DNA from: an uncultured Bacteroidales bacterium
Lineage (GTDB): Bacteria > Bacteroidota > Bacteroidia > Bacteroidales > CAZJKL01
DNA: 64,000 nucleotides
Assembly (NCBI GenBank): GCA_964546655.1
Contig: CAZJKL010000006.1
Location: forward strand, 1,643 to 65,642
Direction: 5' to 3'
The notes under the pieces are model-generated. The model made no database searches. It saw nothing but the letters and a program-made list of their open reading frames with translations, and was not told the DNA's origin. The position numbers and the translations under genes are program-made. How positions within the stretch are numbered: the stretch's first letter is position 1; every line of letters begins with the position of its first letter. This document shows, one piece after another, positions 37,289-43,645 of this stretch.

Positions 37289-38371
37289 GTGATAAAGAAA
37301 TTTGATTTATATATTATTAAAAAGTTTTTAGGAACATTTGCATTTATAATAATTATGTTCGTTTTTATAATTATTGTATTCGATGTTTCGGAAAAAATTG
37401 ACGATTTTATTAATAAAAAGGCTCCTCTAAATTTAATTATAACTCAATATTATTTAAATTTTATACCTTCGTTTCTAAGTTCTTTTGGGCCTTTATTTGC
37501 TTTTTTATCGGTTGTGTTCTTCACTTCTAAACTTGCATTAAAAACCGAAGTTATTGCTTTTTTAAGTAATGGAATAAGTTTTAATCGTTTCTTAAGACCT
37601 TATTTAATATCTAGTATTTTCTTGTGTTTATTAAATATTTACTTAAACAACTTTGTTATACCGAAAGCTAATTACGGCAAACTCGAATTCGAAAACAAGT
37701 ATATAAAAAATATTTATCGCAATAATAAACGCAATATTCATAGTCAAATTGAACCGGGTAAGTTTGTTTATTTCTCGAATTTCGATAATTTAAACTATGT
37801 TGGATATAATTTTTCATTAGAGAAATTTGATGGGCAAAAATTAAAATATAAGCTTATTTCTGATGTTATTAGATGGGATACAGCGAAACAAACTTGGAAT
37901 ATTGTAAATTATTATACCCGAGAAATTAAAGATAATAAAGAAATAATAAAAACTGGCTACTCTTTAGATACTGTTATTAATAATTTAAATATTGGTGATT
38001 TCACAAAAAGAGAAACTACTGTTGAGACATTAAACTTTTTCGAATTACGAGATTTTATTAAGAATGAAAAATTAAAAGGCTCCGAAGGTATTGCTTATTA
38101 TGAGATCGAATTTTACAAACGATTTTCATTCCCTATAGCCACAATACTTCTTACTTTAATAGGTTTATCTATTTCGAACCGAAAAATACGTGGTGGACTT
38201 GGAATACATTTAACTATAGGAATTATTTTAGGCTTTTTTTATATTTTATTAATCCAAATATCTACTACTTTTGCTTTGTATAGTAGTTTATCTCCATTTA
38301 TTAGTGTTTGGATTCCTAATGTAATTTATTTGTTTATAAGTATCTTTATGTTACGATTTGCCCAGAAATAG
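37289..38371 (+). CDS. LptF/LptG family LPS export permease
   Basis: 360 aa, GTG start. MIKKFDLYIIKKFLGTF start, a periplasmic beta-jellyroll-like middle, and C-terminal TM bundle typical of YjgP/YjgQ. Confidence 0.8.
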   Translation: MIKKFDLYIIKKFLGTFAFIIIMFVFIIIVFDVSEKIDDFINKKAPLNLIITQYYLNFIPSFLSSFGPLFAFLSVVFFTSKLALKTEVIAFLSNGISFNRFLRPYLISSIFLCLLNIYLNNFVIPKANYGKLEFENKYIKNIYRNNKRNIHSQIEPGKFVYFSNFDNLNYVGYNFSLEKFDGQKLKYKLISDVIRWDTAKQTWNIVNYYTREIKDNKEIIKTGYSLDTVINNLNIGDFTKRETTVETLNFFELRDFIKNEKLKGSEGIAYYEIEFYKRFSFPIATILLTLIGLSISNRKIRGGLGIHLTIGIILGFFYILLIQISTTFALYSSLSPFISVWIPNVIYLFISIFMLRFAQK

Positions 38372-38405
38372 AAAGTTGTTTTATTTTAAAGAAACTAAAA
38401 CAAGT

Positions 38406-38695
38406 TCTGCGGTCGGTTGTACCGCCGTTTTAATGTTGAAAGCATGTTTAGTCTGCAAAAACAAATAGCTTATACAAATAACCACAGTTTAAAATAAGAA
38501 AACAACAGTCTGAAAGACTGTATTAATTCAGCCCAAAGCAAAGCTTTGGGTGTATAAAACAAAAACCAAACATTCGCTCTGTAAGAGCAGCTTAAAAAAA
38601 ATAATATCAGTTGCAAACAAATCAAGGCACGGATTACAAATCAGCGCCAGCCTTGGTTTATGCATAAAGGCACGTAAAACATTTCCGTGCAAGCC
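38406..38695. repeat. array of short GC-rich hairpin (REP-like) elements, left border of accessory island
   Basis: Hairpins seen: gcggt-cggttgt-accgc (38409-25), cagtc-tgaaa-gactg (38506-20), cccaaagc-aa-gctttggg (38532-50), gctct-gta-agagc (38576-88), gcacg-taaaacatttc-cgtgc (about 38670-90). They are much more GC-rich than the surrounding DNA. Confidence 0.5.
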
Positions 38696-38857
38696 ATAAG
38701 AATTTATAACTCCTGCATATTGGAATTTAATGAGCATAAAATGTAAAAAATAAATATTTATTCATAATTTTATTATGAATAAATGGATATATTTATTCTT
38801 TTGAGTTGTTTTCATTAAAGTATTTTGTTATTTTTGAAAAATGAAAAATATATAAAA

Positions 38858-39013
38858 ATGAGTAAACTAGAAGATAAAATAATTTTACCAAAAGAGGCAT
38901 TAATAAGATATATAACTCTTTTTCCAGAAGATTTTATGTTTGAAATGACAAAAAAAGAATTTTCAAATTGGGTATCGCAAATTGCGACACCCAATTTTAT
39001 TTTTATAACTTAA
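38858..39013 (+). pseudogene. internally deleted ORF6N-domain paralog (probable gene remnant)
   Basis: MSKLEDKIILPKEALIRYITLFPEDFMFEMTKKEFSNWVSQIAT aligns to both ends of the N-terminal ORF6N domain of the adjacent full-length gene (KIMLPEEVIINKIYLI...IFPENFMFELNEEEFNSLRSQTVT). It lacks about 30 central residues and the whole C-terminal half. Confidence 0.5.
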
Positions 39014-39023
39014 AATTAGAAAG

Positions 39024-39575
39024 ATGGATAAATCAGAAAATAAAATAATGTTACCAGAAGAGGTAATAATAAATAAAATATACCTAATAAGAGGTCAAAA
39101 GGTAATGTTAGATGGAGATTTATCAGAACTTTATGAGGTAGAGACAAAGGTTTTAAAACAAGCCGTAAGACGTAATATCGATATTTTTCCAGAAAATTTT
39201 ATGTTTGAATTAAACGAAGAAGAATTTAATAGTTTGAGGTCACAAACTGTGACCTCAAAAAGAGGCGGACAAAGATACTTGCCATTTGTATTTACAGAAC
39301 ACGGTGTGTTACAACTTGCTAATGTTTTAAGAAGTGATAGGGCAAGAAAAATGAGTATTCAAATAATTGAAGTTTTTGTAAAGCTTCGTCAATTAGCACA
39401 TACACATCAAGAGATATTAAAAAAACTTGAAGAGTTGGAGAAAAATTATTCAGAGCAAGACGATAAAATAATGTTGATTTTTGAATATTTGAAACAGTTT
39501 GAAGAAATAAAACAACAAGAATTAGAATATCAAAACAGAAAACCAATAGGGTTCAAACAATCGAATAGAAAATAA
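39024..39575 (+). CDS. ORF6N domain-containing protein (KilA-N-related DNA-binding protein)
   Basis: 183 aa. IYLIRGQKVMLDGDLSELYEVETKVLKQAVRRNIDIFPENFMFELNEEEFNSLRSQTVTSKRGGQRYLPFVFTEHGVLQLANVLRSDRA is a near-textbook ORF6N domain. Coiled-coil C terminus. Confidence 0.8.
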   Translation: MDKSENKIMLPEEVIINKIYLIRGQKVMLDGDLSELYEVETKVLKQAVRRNIDIFPENFMFELNEEEFNSLRSQTVTSKRGGQRYLPFVFTEHGVLQLANVLRSDRARKMSIQIIEVFVKLRQLAHTHQEILKKLEELEKNYSEQDDKIMLIFEYLKQFEEIKQQELEYQNRKPIGFKQSNRK

Positions 39576-39790
39576 AAGGTAGTTTGTAAAACATAGCTTT
39601 TGTAACCGAACAAAAAAACTTATATTTGGGTAATATTAAAAAACTTAGTTTTATGTATAAAGTTTAGTAGTTAAAAAGGTAACCCCTAAAAATGATAAAC
39701 ATAAAAAAAAGTCATAAACGAGGGAATAATAAAAGAAGCAGAAGGAAATGATAGAAAAACATCAAATTTACCAACAGTAATTGATTAACA

Positions 39791-40369
39791 ATGAAAAAAA
39801 TAATTTTTATATTACTTGCATTTTTTATTTATGAACTTCCTATAATAGGACAGTTTAAAAATTATAATTGTATTGTATTTGATAGTTTAATTAGCACAAT
39901 TAAATTAAAAAAAATGCAAAATGATTTTTTATTCCCGTTATTAAAAAGTGGCGAAATCTGTCGGAAAAAAGATTCTATTTACATATTAACAACTGATGAA
40001 TTAAAAGTGAAAAAAATTAAAAGTGTACTCAGTACAAATAGTAATATTGATGGAAATTTAGAGATTGATGACGTTCTTTTTTCTTTAGACACTTTTAATA
40101 TTGTCATAGATACTTTTGGTTATTTTGATAATTCTTGTAGTAACAAGAATTTTTTAGTTGTCAATAATTATAATATACTAAATAGTTTAAAAGAAACGTG
40201 TAATGTAATAATTGTTGAAGCATTATCTTATAATGTAAACGGTTCTTTTAAAATATTTCTTCGTAGTAATAAAAGTGATTTTATTATTGTTTTTAGATTT
40301 AAATCTAGCTCTTTATATCCTTCTATTTCAGTAGAATGTAAAGAATTATTTGATATATTAAAGAGATAA
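39791..40369 (+). CDS. hypothetical secreted protein
   Basis: 192 aa with an N-terminal hydrophobic signal (MKKIIFILLAFFIYELPIIGQ). No recognisable family. Confidence 0.45.
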   Translation: MKKIIFILLAFFIYELPIIGQFKNYNCIVFDSLISTIKLKKMQNDFLFPLLKSGEICRKKDSIYILTTDELKVKKIKSVLSTNSNIDGNLEIDDVLFSLDTFNIVIDTFGYFDNSCSNKNFLVVNNYNILNSLKETCNVIIVEALSYNVNGSFKIFLRSNKSDFIIVFRFKSSSLYPSISVECKELFDILKR

Positions 40370-40376
40370 TGTTTAA

Positions 40377-40490
40377 ATGGGAGCTTCAGAATTTGGTCAG
40401 TCATTAGGATATGGATTTGGTTTAGGAATACACCCATCCCTTATTGGAAATATTTTTTCAAATAATATAAATAGTAAGATAAAACAATAA
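40377..40490 (+). CDS. possible 37-aa Gly-rich small peptide
   Basis: Hand-called: ATG 40377, TAA 40488-90. MGASEFGQSLGYGFGLGIHPSLIGNIFSNNINSKIKQ. It fits exactly between the flanking ORFs (7-nt and 4-nt gaps), but there is no independent support. Confidence 0.2.
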   Translation: MGASEFGQSLGYGFGLGIHPSLIGNIFSNNINSKIKQ

Positions 40491-40494
40491 TAAA

Positions 40495-40887
40495 GTGACA
40501 GCATTTAAAATTTTAAAATATAGCATAATAACAATACTCGTTTTATTTACTTTTTTTATTATAAAAAGTTTTTATGAACAAAAGAGAGATATTAATGAAA
40601 TAAAAAAGTATCCTGCATTTACAGATGGCATTATAATAGAATATACTCACTCTGGGATATCTGGAAGATATTATCAATATGACTATTATGTAAATAATAT
40701 TAAATATGTTAATGATGCAGGAACTGATAATCCCTTAGATTGTGAAAATATAGGTTATTCAAATTGTGAAGGGGAAAAATATAAGGTAATATACTCAAAG
40801 AAGAATCCCCAAAACAGTTATTTACTAACAGAGAGGTATAGTTATGAATTATTTAATCTGAAGGTTCCCCAAGAACTACTTCGATAG
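40495..40887 (+). CDS. hypothetical membrane-anchored protein (DUF3592-like topology)
   Basis: 130 aa, GTG start. One N-terminal TM segment (YSIITILVLFTFFIIKSF), then TDGIIIEY...YYQYDYYVNNIKY...GEKYKVIYSKKNPQNSYL, reminiscent of DUF3592. Confidence 0.4.
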   Translation: MTAFKILKYSIITILVLFTFFIIKSFYEQKRDINEIKKYPAFTDGIIIEYTHSGISGRYYQYDYYVNNIKYVNDAGTDNPLDCENIGYSNCEGEKYKVIYSKKNPQNSYLLTERYSYELFNLKVPQELLR

Positions 40888-40949
40888 GGTCGTGTCCCAA
40901 GGTGAGTTTCTACGTAATTCTGTAATAAACTACCGCAAAACCTCCTGTT

Positions 40950-41211
40950 GTTCGTAGTTTTTAACTACGAACTAAATAAAATTTAGTTTGCAACTAACAA
41001 AAACAAAATTTGGAATAAAATCGGGGTACGACTCAAAGTCGTGCCCCGATTAAAAAAACTTTTTGCGTCCTTTGCACCTTTGCGTGATAAAAAAAGTATT
41101 AGCTCCGTAGGAGCAATATTTTGGTAAAAACCAAAACACAAAAACAATATAAAGTCCCGTAGGGACGACATTATGGTAAATTAAGGCACGGAAAACATTT
41201 CCGCACCAGCC
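40950..41211. repeat. array of GC-rich hairpin (REP-like) elements, right border of accessory island
   Basis: Perfect 10-bp hairpin gttcgtagtt-ttt-aactacgaac (40950-72). 13-bp hairpin atcggggtacgac-tcaaa-gtcgtgccccgat (41020-50). GTA-triloop hairpins gctcc-gta-ggagc (41102-14) and gtccc-gta-gggac (41154-66), each followed by a ..att.t.ggtaaa tail. Confidence 0.55.
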
Positions 41212-41222
41212 TGATGTTAGCT

Positions 41223-41468
41223 CTTGTCACTCTGAACAGCAGTGAAGGGTCTTTTCTTAATACAAAGGAGATGCTTCGTGCCTCAGCAGGACAAAAAGCA
41301 ACAGTTATATGCCATTCAGAGCGGTGGTTCTTGTCACCCTTGAATGGTAATGAAGGGTCTTATATCTGCATAAAGGAGATGCTTCGTGCCTCAGCAGGAC
41401 AAAAAGCAACAGTTATATGCCATTCAGAGCGGTGGTTCTTGTCACCCTGATTTCTAATGAAGGGTCTT
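41223..41468. repeat. 107-108 bp tandem repeat, about 2.3 copies
   Basis: The unit start cttgtcac recurs at 41223, 41330 and 41438. The 3' part of units 1 and 2 (aaaggagatgcttcgtgcctcagcaggacaaaaagcaacagttatatgccattcagagcggtggtt) is identical, while the 5' 40 nt are diverged. The arms resemble the gtca..ctga..gaag / cttcg..ctcag..gaca element family. Confidence 0.8.
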
Positions 41469-41485
41469 TTTATAAAACATAGATG

Positions 41486-42103
41486 CTAAAACCCCGTTAA
41501 ATAAATAAGTTTTTTAGTTTCATAAAATTCTTCATCAAAAACATCCGAAATATTATGAATAGTTTTTTTGCATTTAATAGATTTAATTTCATCATCAAAA
41601 TCACCACCTTTTAAATACAAAATGCCATTAATTTTAAATTTCGACTTTTTAATGCTTTTATAAACTACACTCAAAAATTCTGGAATTGATGCTACTGCTC
41701 GGCCTGTAATTAAATCAAATTTTTTATTTATCGTTTCAGATCTAATTTTGTCAGAAGTAACATTTTCTAAATTTAAAGCAGTTGATACTTCATTAACCAC
41801 AGTTATTTTCTTTTGTATCGAATCAATTAAATGAAAATTTACATTAGGAAACATTATAGCCAACGGAATTCCAGGAAAACCACCACCTGTTCCAACATCT
41901 AAAACCTCTAACCCATCTGGTAAATTATAAAACTTTGCAATTGAAAGAGAATGCAAAATATGTCTTTCATATATATTGTCGATGTCTTTCCTCGAAATGA
42001 CATTTATTTTTTCATTCCAATCTTTATATAAATCATATAAAAGTTCAAATCTATTTATTTGTAACTCTGTTAGGTTTGGAAAATATTTTTTAATAATTTG
42101 CAT
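41486..42103 (-). CDS. rsmG: 16S rRNA (guanine527-N7)-methyltransferase
   Basis: 205 aa. WNEKINVISRKDIDNIYERHILHSL, VLDVGTGGGFPGIPLAI, and GRAVA. Confidence 0.9.
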   Translation of the reverse strand: MQIIKKYFPNLTELQINRFELLYDLYKDWNEKINVISRKDIDNIYERHILHSLSIAKFYNLPDGLEVLDVGTGGGFPGIPLAIMFPNVNFHLIDSIQKKITVVNEVSTALNLENVTSDKIRSETINKKFDLITGRAVASIPEFLSVVYKSIKKSKFKINGILYLKGGDFDDEIKSIKCKKTIHNISDVFDEEFYETKKLIYLTGF

Positions 42104-42164
42104 AAAAATAGTTTTTTACAAAAATCAATATATAATTACATTTTACAAATAAAAATCCAAAATT

Positions 42165-42764
42165 TTGTTAGAATCATATTTAAATAAAGGAATTATTGAA
42201 GCAGGTTGTGATGAAGCAGGAAGAGGTTGTTTGGCTGGACCCGTTTTTGCTGCAGCTGTTATATTGCCTCAAGACTACAAGAACAACAATATAAATGATT
42301 CTAAAAAATTAAGTTTAAAACAAAGATTAGAGTTGCGAGATATTATTATTAAAGATGCTGTTTCGTTTGCAATTGGTATTGTTGATAATATTGAAATTGA
42401 TAAAATAAACATTTTAAATGCTTCGTTTTTAGCTATGCACCGAGCTATTGATAATTTAAAAATAGTTCCAAAAGCATTAATAATTGATGGAAACAGATTT
42501 AATCCGTATAAAAATATTCAGCATACTTGTGTAATTAAAGGAGATGGAAAATATTTATCAATAGCAGCAGCATCTATTCTTGCTAAAACTTACCGAGATG
42601 AATATATGTGTAAAATTCATGATGAATTTCCTGAATATGGCTGGGATAAAAATGCAGGATACCCTACAAAATATCATCGTGATAAAATTGTAAAATGTGG
42701 TGAATCACCTTATCACAGATTGAGTTTTAAATTAATAGAAAAACAATTATCTTTTAATTTTTAA
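42165..42764 (+). CDS. rnhB: ribonuclease HII
   Basis: 199 aa, TTG start. AGCDEAGRGCLAGPVFAAAV, NDSKKLS, IIDGN, ASILAK, GYPT..H. Confidence 0.9.
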   Translation: MLESYLNKGIIEAGCDEAGRGCLAGPVFAAAVILPQDYKNNNINDSKKLSLKQRLELRDIIIKDAVSFAIGIVDNIEIDKINILNASFLAMHRAIDNLKIVPKALIIDGNRFNPYKNIQHTCVIKGDGKYLSIAAASILAKTYRDEYMCKIHDEFPEYGWDKNAGYPTKYHRDKIVKCGESPYHRLSFKLIEKQLSFNF

Positions 42765-42765
42765 T

Positions 42766-42773
42766 ATATTTGC
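42766..42773 (+). promoter_or_regulatory. candidate -7 promoter box for rbfA (TATATTTG)
   Basis: Exact TAnnTTTG match immediately after the rnhB stop, 20 nt upstream of the rbfA ATG. Confidence 0.3.
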
Positions 42774-42793
42774 AACAAAATAGTTAATAAACA

Positions 42794-43135
42794 ATGGATA
42801 GCACAAGACAAGAGAAAATTTCGAAATTATTGCAAAAAGACATAGCCGATATTTTTCAAAAATATGGCAGAAATTATTATGGCAATACCTTAACTTCTAT
42901 TACAAAAGTAAAAGTTACAAAAGACCTTTCAATAGCTCGAATTTATTTAAGTATTTACACTACAGAAGATAAAAATGCTATTTTAAATAATGTAAAATCA
43001 AATACAATAGAAATAAGAAAAAGATTAGCAGAAAAAATTAGAAATCAAGTTCGAATTATTCCCGAACTTCAATTCTTTCTCGACGATTCATTAGATTATA
43101 TCGAAAATATCGAGAAACTTCTGAAAAACACATAA
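42794..43135 (+). CDS. rbfA: ribosome-binding factor A
   Basis: 113 aa. RQEKISKLLQKDIADIF, ITKVKVTKDLSIARIYLS, and R.IPEL.F..D. Confidence 0.85.
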   Translation: MDSTRQEKISKLLQKDIADIFQKYGRNYYGNTLTSITKVKVTKDLSIARIYLSIYTTEDKNAILNNVKSNTIEIRKRLAEKIRNQVRIIPELQFFLDDSLDYIENIEKLLKNT

Positions 43136-43150
43136 TAAAAAGCACAAATT

Positions 43151-43395
43151 TTTGTCATTTTGAACGAAGTGAAAAATCCTAACGTATTGATTGTTAGATT
43201 CTTCGCTGTCGCTCAGAAAGACAAGGCTTATTGCTCAAAAAGACATTGTTTCGTTTTTTTGCAAACTCTTTATTAGAAATAAAATTATCTAAAAATAATA
43301 TCTTTTCTGTTTGGTCCGGTTGAAATAATCTGAATTTCTACATTTAGGTTGCTTTCTAAATATTTTATGTAATTAAGCAAATCATTATTTATTTT
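43151..43395. repeat. tandem direct repeat copy 1 (palindromic element plus copy of the purA 3' end)
   Basis: Aligns base for base with 43401-43645 at offset +250, with 7 mismatches in 245 nt (43184, 43185, 43225, 43309, 43331, 43345, 43348). The palindromic core is about 43149-43262. Confidence 0.9.
43285..43395 (-). pseudogene. duplicated 3'-terminal fragment of purA (last 36 codons plus stop)
   Basis: The reverse strand reads ...LLNYIKYLESNLNVEIQIISTGPNRKDIIFR*, versus authentic ...NVEIPIISTGPNRKDIIFR*. No upstream coding continuation. Confidence 0.8.
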
Positions 43396-43400
43396 TTCTT

Positions 43401-43645
43401 TTTGTCATTTTGAACGAAGTGAAAAATCCTAACACATTGATTGTTAGATTCTTCGCTGTCGCTCAGAAAGACAAAGCTTATTGCTCAAAAAGACATTGTT
43501 TCGTTTTTTTGCAAACTCTTTATTAGAAATAAAATTATCTAAAAATAATATCTTTTCTATTTGGTCCGGTTGAAATAATCGGAATTTCTACATTCAGATT
43601 GCTTTCTAAATATTTTATGTAATTAAGCAAATCATTATTTATTTT
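43401..43645. repeat. tandem direct repeat copy 2 (palindromic element plus authentic purA 3' end)
   Basis: See copy 1. The palindromic core (about 43399-43512) lies directly downstream of the purA stop at 43535. Confidence 0.9.

Noticed and set aside
38528-38737. 69-aa minus-strand ORF in the left hairpin array, and the 62-aa ORF at 40983..41171 in the right array
   Set aside because: Both consist of translated GC-rich hairpin repeats (e.g. APTELILF, SLRDFILF) and show no gene-like features.
39693-39752. 19-aa highly basic mini-ORF (MINIKKSHKRGNNKRSRRK) between the ORF6N gene and the 192-aa ORF
   Set aside because: It is very short, arises from an A-rich tract and has no support. It is likely noise.
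41214-41450. 78-aa ORF with an internally repeated peptide (KEMLRASAGQKATVICHSERWFLSP twice)
   Set aside because: It is simply the translation of the 107-108 bp tandem DNA repeat. It has no start context, and its composition follows the palindromic element arms.
41223-41468. Possible CRISPR array
   Set aside because: There are only about 2.3 units, and the conserved part (over 65 nt) is longer than the variable part. There is no repeat-spacer alternation of typical size, and no cas genes anywhere in the window.
43151-43645. The 250-bp duplication as an assembly artefact
   Set aside because: This is not fully excluded. However, the two copies differ at 7 positions with a codon-aware pattern, which argues for two real diverged copies. 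It is kept as a finding with this caveat.
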